Of a stretch of DNA of 64,000 nt, positions 43,062-53,398 are shown in pieces. Below the pieces are notes generated by a model. That model worked only from the letters and a program-made list of their open reading frames with translations. It ran no database searches and was not told the origin of the DNA. How positions within the stretch are numbered: position 1 is the first letter of the stretch; each line of letters starts with the position of its first letter. The DNA lies in the sequence record MT611523.1; one strand, given 5' to 3'. This DNA comes from Escherichia phage DK-13. Made by a program: the position numbers and the translations under genes.

Positions 43062-44594
43062 TTATTTTAATCCAGTCTTTGACCAGTCGCCAAATACATC
43101 TTCGAATGTGTCTGCATGGTCTTTATCAAAACGGAACCCTTTAATAATCGGCAGGAACAATGCAACCGTATTATCTTTACGAGTCTCGGAAGTCAACCAA
43201 CCATTACATTCACAGTCGGCAATCATTCCAACCAATTCACCTTTACGTGCTTTAACCATCAAGGCTTCACGGTCCATTTCATGACGCTCCTCAATCGGAA
43301 TAGTAACCCATTTTTTGGTTTTCTTATCTTTGACTTGAGTTGTGTCTTTAAAACCAGAACCACAGTTATTCGTAATCTTACCACAAGAAGAACGAAGCAC
43401 CACACCGCCAATCTTATTCGGGTCTTTATCGTGCTCGTAATATCCAATGATTTCCATTGCAATGTCAATTACTTCTTTGAACTTATACAGGTTCTTTGAG
43501 CGCTTGTTTTCCCAAATCGATGCCATGTTTTTAAGGATAATACCTTCAAGGCCTTCATCTACATATTTCTTATAGATAACCTTCGCTTCATCGAGATTGT
43601 TAACAACATGGTTTTCAATCAGAATCATGCGGTCGAAACCATGTAGCACCACGTTATCTGCAATCATCTTTTCCAGAACAGCAAAACGCACATCATATTT
43701 CAGCGGATTGAGAATCTTAACATCAGAATAGACTTCAATCAGTGGAACATAATCCCAAACCTGGAATTTCATACAAGAAGCTTCTGCTGCAGAAATAGTT
43801 CCTTTCAATGATTTGTTTGCCAGACCATTTGAAAAGGTTCTTGATTCAGCAGTTTCTTTTGCAGGAGCAATCTCATCTGAATCGTCAAAAAGGAAGCCCA
43901 AACCGTCATTCTGGGGAGCTATTTTCTGTTCGTGATATACTAACTCGCCATCAATTAAAACGCCCTCAGGATGTCTCTCACGCGCTTCACGGGTGGCTTC
44001 AATCAATTCCTTCTTAAGGAGGTCAAGCTTGAGGTATTCGTTACCAGCTCGGGATAACAATCGAACATCATCCAACTCATCGCCACGAACTTCTGCAAAA
44101 CATCGGGCGCCGTCGGCTTTCAATTGTGCAAAGGCCGGGAACTTAATGTTCTTAGCAATGCCAGCTTCATCATAAGAAGAAGCGAGCATCTGCTGTTGTT
44201 CAGGAATTAAACCTTTCCAAACCTTATTCGCAATTGATACAGACGCACCACATTCCAGGTCACGCATCATCACGCGGCGCAAGACTTCAACATCTGCTTT
44301 TTTACCATCTGCAATATAGCCAGATAATTCCTCGATTGCAGCATTACCTGTTAATTTGCGCGCGGCTAATGTGAATTCTATAAAGTCAAGCATATCATCA
44401 ATATTCAACATGCCAAAGCTTTGAGACGTTGTACCAGGTTTAGGCCATTTCTTTATATAGAACTGGATGCCTTTGGAATATGTCAAACGATACACACGTT
44501 TGAGGGTTTCATTGTCAGAATACGATTCCAGAATAGCTTGTTTCTCTTTAGTGGAATCGGTTGCAGCAATTTCATTTAAAATATCTAAAATCAT
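43062..44594 (-). CDS. gp30: ATP-dependent DNA ligase gp30
   Basis: Long near-identical runs to recalled T4 DNA ligase, including adenylation motif KADGARC. Confidence 0.95.
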   Translation of the reverse strand: MILDILNEIAATDSTKEKQAILESYSDNETLKRVYRLTYSKGIQFYIKKWPKPGTTSQSFGMLNIDDMLDFIEFTLAARKLTGNAAIEELSGYIADGKKADVEVLRRVMMRDLECGASVSIANKVWKGLIPEQQQMLASSYDEAGIAKNIKFPAFAQLKADGARCFAEVRGDELDDVRLLSRAGNEYLKLDLLKKELIEATREARERHPEGVLIDGELVYHEQKIAPQNDGLGFLFDDSDEIAPAKETAESRTFSNGLANKSLKGTISAAEASCMKFQVWDYVPLIEVYSDVKILNPLKYDVRFAVLEKMIADNVVLHGFDRMILIENHVVNNLDEAKVIYKKYVDEGLEGIILKNMASIWENKRSKNLYKFKEVIDIAMEIIGYYEHDKDPNKIGGVVLRSSCGKITNNCGSGFKDTTQVKDKKTKKWVTIPIEERHEMDREALMVKARKGELVGMIADCECNGWLTSETRKDNTVALFLPIIKGFRFDKDHADTFEDVFGDWSKTGLK

Positions 44595-44603
44595 AATCAC
44601 CTC

Positions 44604-44882
44604 TTAGTCGTTGGCTCTATTATATGCCACATCTTCCAAAAGCAAATCCAGACGCTTATGATAAGTGAACACAAATTTAGTCGCCCCATCCGGTTTCATT
44701 TTAGTCAGGAAGTGAACATAGATAAATCCTTGCTCAACACATTCCCGCCAGATTGGGTTATCCTTGGCCGGATTAATATCAAACGAGTAATTATGATTCA
44801 CATGACGAATAAACTGGTTAACATGACCGTAATCCATCGTGGTGGTTGGGCCACGGTCTGAAATAGTATGAACGACAAACAT
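44604..44882 (-). CDS. Hypothetical protein (30.1 position)
   Basis: 92 aa, TGATG overlap with upstream gene. Confidence 0.5.
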   Translation of the reverse strand: MFVVHTISDRGPTTTMDYGHVNQFIRHVNHNYSFDINPAKDNPIWRECVEQGFIYVHFLTKMKPDGATKFVFTYHKRLDLLLEDVAYNRAND

Positions 44883-45706
44883 CAATTACCCCCTTGTCCG
44901 CCGGTCGGTTGATTGTACCAATATTCAATGCCAGTACCTACACGCTGGCCATATTGATATGGATATGCTGGATTATATCCAGGAGTCCACGGTTGACCAG
45001 GCTGCCAGCCTTGTTGCATTTGTTGTTGAAGACGGCGAGTTTCACGAAACAGCTCATCCAGTTTACGGAGTTCATCTGGGGTGAATTCTGGTTTGACCGG
45101 TTCATCTTTGTGTTTCAGTTTAAGCTGTCCAGCAACATCGTCCCAGTTAAAAACTTTGGAAGCCGTCTTAGGAATAGCATCACGTTCGCCACGGGCCATC
45201 CAATAAACCGGGACTTCAAGGATTTCACTCGCATGGTCGCAATGGTGTGCAAGGTCATCAATATAACAAATGACATTATATTTGGTCTTCGCTTTCTGGA
45301 ATAACTCTTCTTTAGAGGCTGTATGGCCACACATCATCACTTCTTTAAATGCGCCAGGGAACAAAGCATTCAGGTTGAATTGACGATTCAGACGGGCATC
45401 AATGGAATCACCCAGAGCTGTAACGGCCACAAAATCATATTGCTCTTTGAGGTTATTAATAACCCTTAGCGCATCTGTGTAAGGAGACAAATAGCGAATA
45501 AAATCTGAACAGTTATATTTCTCAATCAACTGTGCTCCCAACTCTTCATCACAATTGAACAGTTTACCAGGGGTCACAAATTTTTCATCCTGAATCATCT
45601 TAAGGATATGTTCCAGGGGTAAATTATATTTTTGGGCGAAATAAGGCAAGCCAGACTGCCATGACAAACATACGCCATCAATATCTGTTAAAATAACGGG
45701 TTTCAT
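44882..45706 (-). CDS. HAD-superfamily phosphatase / 5'(3')-deoxyribonucleotidase-like protein with Gln/Pro/Tyr/Gly-rich C-terminal tail
   Basis: N-terminal ILTDIDGV (HAD motif I, DxDGV as in NT5C-type nucleotidases); C-terminal 45 aa low-complexity tail. Confidence 0.6.
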   Translation of the reverse strand: MKPVILTDIDGVCLSWQSGLPYFAQKYNLPLEHILKMIQDEKFVTPGKLFNCDEELGAQLIEKYNCSDFIRYLSPYTDALRVINNLKEQYDFVAVTALGDSIDARLNRQFNLNALFPGAFKEVMMCGHTASKEELFQKAKTKYNVICYIDDLAHHCDHASEILEVPVYWMARGERDAIPKTASKVFNWDDVAGQLKLKHKDEPVKPEFTPDELRKLDELFRETRRLQQQMQQGWQPGQPWTPGYNPAYPYQYGQRVGTGIEYWYNQPTGGQGGN

Positions 45707-46161
45707 AATGCATCTCTCAATTGGTTAAGTATGTCAATAAATTCTTGTTCAGTCAATATTGTATCATGAACAGTAAGGTGGCTCGCCATCGAATGCTTTA
45801 AAACTTTGCCCTTTGTAGCTTGTAATGCGTCGCGGAACCCTTTGTTTTGGAGCGCTGCTTCAAAATAAACATTTGTATACAACTCTTTCCATGATGCAGA
45901 GTATCTTGAAAAGGGAATTCCAAGCCAGAAAAGCGTCCCACGGTCCGCAGCTCTTGCATAAGCTCTTCCACTTTGCTGGGCGGCCAATCCGGACATCCCA
46001 AATATACGTTTTTGTTGTTCATGATTTCTCACCTTACACCCTTGTAGGAAGCCTTCAAGACCTCCAAACTGGATGCCATCCATAACAAAAGGCCATTTAG
46101 CAAAGTTACTTAATGCACATGATGGCCATGGGAAATTGCTTCTGATTTCTAACTCAGACAT
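45703..46161 (-). CDS. NADAR / YbiA-family (DUF1768) protein
   Basis: LSNFAKWPFVMDGIQFGGLEGFLQ resembles the conserved core of E. coli YbiA (FSNFAAWPIKVDG...EHYFQ). Confidence 0.65.
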   Translation of the reverse strand: MSELEIRSNFPWPSCALSNFAKWPFVMDGIQFGGLEGFLQGCKVRNHEQQKRIFGMSGLAAQQSGRAYARAADRGTLFWLGIPFSRYSASWKELYTNVYFEAALQNKGFRDALQATKGKVLKHSMASHLTVHDTILTEQEFIDILNQLRDAL

Positions 46162-46366
46162 CTTTGACACTTACTACATCAACGTTTGCCCAATGACCAT
46201 AACCAGGTAGACGGTCTTTAATAGATAATCCACCGTCAGATTTCAGCATTTTAATTGTTTTAGTATATGGTTCAATATTTCGGGCCCATGGACTCACGTC
46301 TGTTACGCGATAAGTAACTTCAACCATTTCTGTGCCCAAAATTTTCTGAATCAGTTTCTTAAACAT
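46154..46366 (-). CDS. Hypothetical protein
   Basis: 70 aa ORF in operon-like array, no recognisable motif. Confidence 0.45.
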   Translation of the reverse strand: MFKKLIQKILGTEMVEVTYRVTDVSPWARNIEPYTKTIKMLKSDGGLSIKDRLPGYGHWANVDVVSVKDV

Positions 46367-46367
46367 A

Positions 46368-46562
46368 TTATCCTCGCCTTAAACATTTGATTACAGACAG
46401 TTCACCGCTCATGCGAACGTCTTCAGTTCCGTCAACCCACAAGACTGCATATGCTTCTTTAATTTGGGTATTGTCTAATTTAAACGCAGGCAGGACCTTT
46501 GAAATCATTCCAGGAATACCCACACCTTTTAACTGAACTGTTTGTGATAAGAATAGTTGCAT
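46368..46562 (-). CDS. Hypothetical protein
   Basis: 64 aa ORF, tight spacing with neighbours. Confidence 0.45.
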   Translation of the reverse strand: MQLFLSQTVQLKGVGIPGMISKVLPAFKLDNTQIKEAYAVLWVDGTEDVRMSGELSVIKCLRRG

Positions 46563-46879
46563 TAGAACCTCATCTGAAAGCCGTGCGATTTAACATTGCC
46601 ACCATAGATGTCAGACGTATTAACTTCACGTGCAGCGCTCGGGTCGATATTGATATCATGGTTGAGCTTAGTGATTGCTAGGGTATCACGACCGTTAACA
46701 GTACGGAATTCTACCGGGCAAACTATATCCGCATAGTTTTTAATGGATTCTTTAGTTGGTTGCTTATCAGCAGGTACACCTGGACCAGCTTTAGAGAAAA
46801 CAACTTCACAGAAATTTTTACGTGTATCAAAGTAAGTAGTCATAAACATAGTATTTTCCTCAAGGGGCTTTCGCCCCAT
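46562..46879 (-). CDS. Hypothetical protein
   Basis: 105 aa ORF; early-type promoter upstream. Confidence 0.45.
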   Translation of the reverse strand: MGRKPLEENTMFMTTYFDTRKNFCEVVFSKAGPGVPADKQPTKESIKNYADIVCPVEFRTVNGRDTLAITKLNHDINIDPSAAREVNTSDIYGGNVKSHGFQMRF

Positions 46880-46934
46880 TTAAGATTAGATATCAAATTC
46901 ATTAAGAACTACATCAAAGATTGCTTCCAGGTGT

Positions 46935-46975
46935 TCAGTATGGAATCATTATGCACTGGACAACCCCTGTTGTAA
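46935..46975 (-). promoter_or_regulatory. Early-type promoter upstream of the 105-aa gene
   Basis: Minus strand reads GTTTAC-N18-CATAATGATTCCATAC, the same downstream element as at 25110-25150. Confidence 0.45.
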
Positions 46976-46991
46976 ACCCTTTATGGAAAAT

Positions 46992-47018
46992 AAAAAAGGG
47001 ACTCCGAAGAGTCCCTGA
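46992..47018 (-). terminator. Hairpin GGGACTC-CGAAG-AGTCCC downstream of the 53-aa basic protein gene
   Basis: Stem-loop with A-run. Confidence 0.55.
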
Positions 47019-47020
47019 AC

Positions 47021-47182
47021 TTATGCTTTCGGCTTACCAAAGCAAGCTGCATCGGCACGCAATACCGCACGAGCACGAGCCTGAAGTTTATCAGTTACCT
47101 GATTGATTCGCTTGTTGGACGCACGCTTGTAACCAGCGCGTTTGGAGGAGCCATCAACAACTTTAACTTCTTTCTTAGCCAT
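47021..47182 (-). CDS. Small basic protein, 53 aa
   Basis: My own translation, below ORF-track cut-off: MAKKEVKVVDGSSKRAGYKRASNKRINQVTDKLQARARAVLRADAACFGKPKA; AAGAGA RBS; hairpin terminator immediately downstream. Confidence 0.45.
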   Translation of the reverse strand: MAKKEVKVVDGSSKRAGYKRASNKRINQVTDKLQARARAVLRADAACFGKPKA

Positions 47183-47479
47183 ATTAAATTCTCTTTAAAA
47201 ATAGAATGCAGGACTTATTGACATTGCCTGCGCAAGCCCTCGAAGGGAACATTAGGTTTCGGATATTTAACGACAGGATAACCATAAACCTCGTCATCAT
47301 ACCAACCACGACTTAGACAGATAACCTTTTTCTGACGCGTGATAGTACAAAATACATTCAAGAGGTACACCATAAAACTGTCGGGGTCTTAAAACTATAA
47401 CGATTCGCAAATCATTAATCAGACAGTTCGATGGCTCCTCGATTTTCTAGCCGCACTAAGGTAGCGAATCACCTAAAAC

Positions 47480-47734
47480 TTACTTCAGGGTTACGACAAA
47501 ATGACGAACAGCTTTACGGGCAGCAGATGCCAGCGGCTTAGCAAATTTCAGTTCATCTTTTGCTTCGAGCACTGCGCGAAGGTCGGTTTGAATCGGGTTA
47601 AGATGTTTGAAATACTGCAGAATTTCCAGTGCTTCGGCTTCAACATCAATAGATGCGCCGTAGTTTTCGTGACCGTTATTCCATGCAGTGCGTTGCAGTT
47701 CAAGAGCGTGTTGTAATTGTTTGTTTAAAGACAT
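47480..47734 (-). CDS. rIII: Putative lysis-inhibition accessory protein RIII
   Basis: 84 aa from internal ATG (T4 RIII is about 82 aa); position adjacent to gene 31. Confidence 0.5.
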   Translation of the reverse strand: MSLNKQLQHALELQRTAWNNGHENYGASIDVEAEALEILQYFKHLNPIQTDLRAVLEAKDELKFAKPLASAARKAVRHFVVTLK

Positions 47735-47905
47735 TTTAGAAGCCTCAATATGAGGTGAATATTTGGTGGACACGTTCTTCTGAATTTCACTTCCTTTCGG
47801 CAAGTCTCTCAGTTGTAGTCCACCGTTTAGGATTAGCTAACCCCATACACCAGCAAAGCTCTGTATGACATCAACCAATCCATATTATTATTTATAACGC
47901 TAATT

Positions 47906-48253
47906 TTACTTATAAAGACAAGGAACAGCTTTATAATGACAGGTCACAAATTTCTGCTTAACTTCTTTAGCCTGCTTAAGTCCCAGAGCAACCAGAGGAT
48001 GTGGAACGTTTGCAATCTTGCCAACCGGAAGAGGAGTCAAATCACCTACTTCACAGAAACCTTCAGGAACATCTGGACCAACCGAAAATACTTCACACAT
48101 CTCCGGGATTTCACCCTGATGAAGTTTTCCGATAACGATACCTGATGCCGTAGTTTCTTCATCACCAGCTTGCTTTGGCTCAGAAACCAAAATAATATAT
48201 TCACCTACTGCTTTAATTGGTAATTCCATATTTAATCCATGTTGTTTGGTCAT
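47906..48253 (-). CDS. gp31: Co-chaperonin gp31 (GroES analogue)
   Basis: [23 protein letters not shown]...[17 protein letters not shown] matches recalled T4 gp31. Confidence 0.9.
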   Translation of the reverse strand: MTKQHGLNMELPIKAVGEYIILVSEPKQAGDEETTASGIVIGKLHQGEIPEMCEVFSVGPDVPEGFCEVGDLTPLPVGKIANVPHPLVALGLKQAKEVKQKFVTCHYKAVPCLYK

Positions 48254-48284
48254 GTATTAATAATAACACGCACCGTTTGAAGCA

Positions 48285-48584
48285 TTAAAGGACAAGCAGT
48301 GTCTCGGTCTGCAGTCCATTCACGGAAATCAATTTATTGAAACAGAATGAACGCCATTCATTAAGCTTGGTATCAAATACCCGGATATAGCTAACTGGTT
48401 CTTTATGAGCTTCTGGTCCAGGGGCCTGGATTTCTTTATACGGTAGCAGGTCCAGGTCGCGAGTACAAGTCATACGACGAACGCTGCCATCTGCTTTTTC
48501 AAACAGAACTTCATGAAAGCCAACAGACAAGATAGTCTTGACTTTTTCACGAAGACGAATTGTTTCTTGTTCAGTTAAAATCAT
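48285..48584 (-). CDS. Hypothetical protein (31.1 position)
   Basis: 99 aa; synteny. Confidence 0.5.
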   Translation of the reverse strand: MILTEQETIRLREKVKTILSVGFHEVLFEKADGSVRRMTCTRDLDLLPYKEIQAPGPEAHKEPVSYIRVFDTKLNEWRSFCFNKLISVNGLQTETLLVL

Positions 48585-48586
48585 AA

Positions 48587-48820
48587 TTATTCCAAAACAG
48601 TTTTAATAGTGGTTGCATTACGCTCTTTTAGAGCACGCAATAGATGGTGACAATTTTCAAGAATAGGCACCGTTTTATAGTTCGTTTCGGCGCGAACCCA
48701 CTCGGATTTATAGTACGATTTCCAGCGAGAGAAAAAGTACTTTTTGTATTCTACTGAATAGGCTACTAAGCTTTCGCCTTTTGAGTTTAGCCCTGAAAAT
48801 TTAACTAGACGAAATTTCAT
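48587..48820 (-). CDS. Hypothetical protein (31.2 position)
   Basis: 77 aa; synteny. Confidence 0.5.
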   Translation of the reverse strand: MKFRLVKFSGLNSKGESLVAYSVEYKKYFFSRWKSYYKSEWVRAETNYKTVPILENCHHLLRALKERNATTIKTVLE

Positions 48821-49401
48821 TATTCACCACAAAATTCGTTAATGTTTTCCCAGTTCAATTTGTCTAGACTACGCTTAGGCACATTGAACACCTCAATTCC
48901 TGCATTCTTCAGGATATCATCCCAACCAGGAATATTCTTATCATACGTTTCACAGTAAACCAATTTCTTGATTCCTGATTGAGAAATTGCCTTTGCACAA
49001 TCAGGGCAAGGAGAAAGCGTCACATACATAGTAGCGCCTTCAATTGACGAACCCATTCTGGCTGCGAACAGAATTGCATTAAGCTCGGCATGAATTTCGT
49101 TGTTCTTTGACCAGGCCGAATGAGCTTCGCGATGAGCTTTCGCCAATACAAAACGGTCAACCTTACTGAATCTCACACATTCTGGCTTGTGACCAGGGAC
49201 GAGAACAGGTTTAGGTTTATTCAGTAACCAACCTTGCTCTTCCGCATGCTCGCAACAGTTGACCCCACCTGCAGGGGAACCATTATACCCTGTAGAAATA
49301 ATGCGGCCATTCTTTTCAATAACAGCTCCCACTTTCCAGGAGCAACATTTGGATTCTTGAGATACAAGGTATGCGATTTGCAGAACAGTAGTTGGTTTCA
49401 T
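48820..49401 (-). CDS. cd: dCMP deaminase
   Basis: 193 aa as in T4 Cd; zinc-binding deaminase motifs CEHAE / HAELNAI and PCPDCAK. Confidence 0.9.
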   Translation of the reverse strand: MKPTTVLQIAYLVSQESKCCSWKVGAVIEKNGRIISTGYNGSPAGGVNCCEHAEEQGWLLNKPKPVLVPGHKPECVRFSKVDRFVLAKAHREAHSAWSKNNEIHAELNAILFAARMGSSIEGATMYVTLSPCPDCAKAISQSGIKKLVYCETYDKNIPGWDDILKNAGIEVFNVPKRSLDKLNWENINEFCGE

Positions 49402-49737
49402 TTACATCACCACGAGATAATTGGTTTTAATAGTTTCAACACGATATAATTCATGTCGCAATTTAGTAATGCTCTTAACATGTGTTGTAATTATACTATC
49501 ACCATCGCTGAAGCGTTTTTTCTTATCGTCAAAAATCACCCCAAACATTCGCTCACCAATTTCTACAGGAGCTTCTGTGATAACAACCGCATCATAATTA
49601 CTTGGGTGAATACTTTTAAACAGAGCATCATTCGCAAGCGTTACTTTGATAAATGCAGTTGTTTCTGGGTCCAACTTACGATGGTCACCTAAATCATTTT
49701 TAAGTGATTCTTTGAAAATATCCATTAAATTCATCAT
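49402..49737 (-). CDS. Hypothetical protein
   Basis: 111 aa; cd-proximal small gene. Confidence 0.5.
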   Translation of the reverse strand: MMNLMDIFKESLKNDLGDHRKLDPETTAFIKVTLANDALFKSIHPSNYDAVVITEAPVEIGERMFGVIFDDKKKRFSDGDSIITTHVKSITKLRHELYRVETIKTNYLVVM

Positions 49738-49979
49738 TGAATATACACTCGCTGCGCTTCAACCAGACCATCAGAACCCAATTTCAGTTGGGTCAACTGG
49801 TCACCACCTTTTAGAGTAATTTTCGGATTAATGACAATCATAAAACTGCGTGCAGATTCCTGAATAACTTGCAAAGTCGCAGCAGGGAATCGCTGTGATA
49901 CGCGGTTAATCATCTCTTGAGCAAATGCCTTCACTTTTTCGTGGAACTCTTCAACAGTAATTGGGGTTTCGCTAAGCAT
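49734..49979 (-). CDS. Hypothetical protein
   Basis: 81 aa, overlapping start/stop with neighbours. Confidence 0.5.
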   Translation of the reverse strand: MLSETPITVEEFHEKVKAFAQEMINRVSQRFPAATLQVIQESARSFMIVINPKITLKGGDQLTQLKLGSDGLVEAQRVYIQ

Positions 49980-50521
49980 CAGATTGTCTCCTGTTTTACT
50001 TGTTTAACGATAGAAGCTTTTGTGATATCGCCTTTGATAATATAGCAATCTTCAACAGTACCACGGTTTAACAGACGCTCTGCTTCGCCTTCCGCATATT
50101 CTTTTGACACATGACGAGAGTTAATCTCAATCTTGCCATTTTTAACCACAAGCAATTTCCAAACTGATGCAAGTTTTACTGGCACAGGTTCAACTTCTGG
50201 CTTAACACCAACTTCTGCCTGGATGAAATAATCAAATTCATCAGACAATGGACCAGCAGAAACAAACATTGCCCCATGATGCCTGTTCTGTGTGCCAGAT
50301 ATTTTTGGCAAATCCACAAAATCATTTTCATCAATCAAACGAATCTCACAAACTTTTTTACCGCCGCTGATGTCATCGGATAAAATCTTAACTTCAAACG
50401 GAGTCATACCGATGTATCCAGCAATTTGGTAATTGGCTGCCCAGCCTCCGGCAATAAACTGTTTTTTGGCATTTTCAGATACAAATTTGTAAAACTTACC
50501 TTCTTCAAAGAAATCGCTCAT
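49979..50521 (-). CDS. Hypothetical protein
   Basis: 180 aa, no motif recognised. Confidence 0.5.
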   Translation of the reverse strand: MSDFFEEGKFYKFVSENAKKQFIAGGWAANYQIAGYIGMTPFEVKILSDDISGGKKVCEIRLIDENDFVDLPKISGTQNRHHGAMFVSAGPLSDEFDYFIQAEVGVKPEVEPVPVKLASVWKLLVVKNGKIEINSRHVSKEYAEGEAERLLNRGTVEDCYIIKGDITKASIVKQVKQETI

Positions 50522-50581
50522 TTTGTTTTCCTCATGTGTTGATGAAATTCATTATACACCATCCATGGTGAAAGTAAACAC

Positions 50582-50860
50582 TTAAATTGCTTCGACAACT
50601 ACCGTTTGTTTCTGGAAGTCCATTTTGCATGAAATAGCCAAAATATGGTTATCAATTTTAAATGGAACAATTGCAAATGCTGCACCAGGCGTGAGTTGAA
50701 CAGTGATTGCATCAACTGCATCCGGGAACATGATTTCCAGAATAGCAGACAAACGACCGTGCACTTTTAGTTCAGTCGACACGTCGACGCTTTCGTATAG
50801 ATAATCAGATACAATCTGACTAAAAAGTACTTTAACAATTTCAGAATATGTAGGAAACAT
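50582..50860 (-). CDS. Hypothetical protein
   Basis: 92 aa; MotA-type promoter just upstream. Confidence 0.5.
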   Translation of the reverse strand: MFPTYSEIVKVLFSQIVSDYLYESVDVSTELKVHGRLSAILEIMFPDAVDAITVQLTPGAAFAIVPFKIDNHILAISCKMDFQKQTVVVEAI

Positions 50861-50889
50861 TTCTTTTCTCGCTTAGTTATTGGGGTATC

Positions 50890-50932
50890 CAAAGGACCTA
50901 GACCCCATTATACCATAAAATTTTTAAAGCGT
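50890..50932 (-). promoter_or_regulatory. Middle (MotA-box-like) promoter upstream of the 92-aa gene
   Basis: Minus strand reads ACGCTTTA-N12-TATAAT-GGGGTCTAGG. Confidence 0.45.
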
Positions 50933-51147
50933 TAATGGACGGTATGCACCTTGACATTAACGATAAATCGGTCAATGACTTCAGTCAGCGGAACGAATTC
51001 AACATAATATTCGCCCTTGTACCGTTCGTTGATGTCATTACGCAGTGCAGCCAGGTTATTGATAAGAGCAGGAGACATATTCTGACCTACCAGTTTCTGA
51101 AGCTCTTTATAAGCTTCTTCTTCAACTTCATGGTGTTTGTTATACAT
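50932..51147 (-). CDS. Hypothetical protein
   Basis: Start set at internal ATG (MYNKHH...) so as not to overlap the upstream ORF. Confidence 0.4.
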   Translation of the reverse strand: MYNKHHEVEEEAYKELQKLVGQNMSPALINNLAALRNDINERYKGEYYVEFVPLTEVIDRFIVNVKVHTVH

Positions 51148-51337
51148 AATGTTCTTCCAAGAAGGCCAAGAGTTCTGGAGCGGATTTAAAGATACCGCCA
51201 TCGACCTTGTCTTCATCTTTATAGTCCATTACATCCAGGCCAATACGTCCATCAGTTAAAGGCCATACGCTGAAAAAGTATTCGTAACGTTTTTCAATCT
51301 CTTCGATTGTGCGAAAAATCTTTTCAATGTTATTCAT
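51140..51337 (-). CDS. Hypothetical protein
   Basis: 65 aa ORF. Confidence 0.4.
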   Translation of the reverse strand: MNNIEKIFRTIEEIEKRYEYFFSVWPLTDGRIGLDVMDYKDEDKVDGGIFKSAPELLAFLEEHYV

Positions 51338-51529
51338 AAGTTTTCCATGGTAATTGGATTCGAGTTTGTTTTACAGTAAGCTCGACCTCGGGATTCAATT
51401 TTTTCAATCGGAGACATTCTTCCCAGGCGTCTGATTCGTTACTGAACGTATAGAAACGGCCGTCAATAACTACAATCTTTTTCTGATTGGTAATATTAAC
51501 AATGGCCCAGGTATCGCAATAATAGCCCA

Positions 51530-51530
<1 letters not shown>
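51330..51530 (-). CDS. Hypothetical protein
   Basis: 66 aa ORF, start overlaps pseT stop. Confidence 0.4.
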
Positions 51531-52748
<1,218 letters not shown>

Positions 52749-52752
<4 letters not shown>

Positions 52753-53267
52753 ACACCAAGCTCCTTATAAAGTTCTTCGCGACAAGTTTTAAGGATTTTA
52801 CCAGTTTCATAAGCTGCGCTTTCAGAAACATCACCAAGTGTGGCGGCAGCTTGCATTTGACCATGGCGTTTAGCCGCATATTCAAAACTTTTTACCAGTT
52901 CACGAATACGTTCTTTTTCATTGTATTCTTCAATAAATTCTGGGTATTCCCAAACAGGTCGCATCATACGATACCAATGCTGAATAGTAATATAATTACT
53001 TCCATCCAGATTAATAATTTGCGAAGGCTTAATAGCGCCCGGGGCATAAAAAGTTACCTGTCTCACTACATCAATACCGTCCACAATAGCCCAAGCAAAA
53101 TTGAAAGTGGCCTTCTTTTCAATTGGTGTGCTTGCACAGGACCCTAATTTTAAGAGCTTTTGTAATACAGGAGATTTAACACCTGAAATGTATTCAGGCT
53201 TAGCCACAAAACTGTTATCACGTAATGTCATAATCATTTCCTCAAATTTTATTATCCGTGGGAGCAT
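52749..53267 (-). CDS. Hypothetical protein
   Basis: 172 aa ORF (true start may be an internal Met). Confidence 0.45.
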
Positions 53268-53398
53268 TATACTCTGCTCCCATGAGTTTGTACACTATTT
53301 TCCAAAAAGACCTTGAATATGCAAAGTGGTCGCAATTCCAAAACAAAAACAGAATGCACCAAATCTAACAATATCCCAACCAAGGCTACAGGTCTCTA

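Noticed and set aside
43116-43499. 127-aa plus-strand ORF inside the DNA ligase gene
   Set aside because: Antisense to the ligase gene, whose product matches T4 ligase almost residue for residue.
47183-47480. Possible tRNA gene in the ORF-poor region after rIII
   Set aside because: A GTTCGAT fragment is present, but I could not assemble a cloverleaf (no D-arm or acceptor stem pairing).
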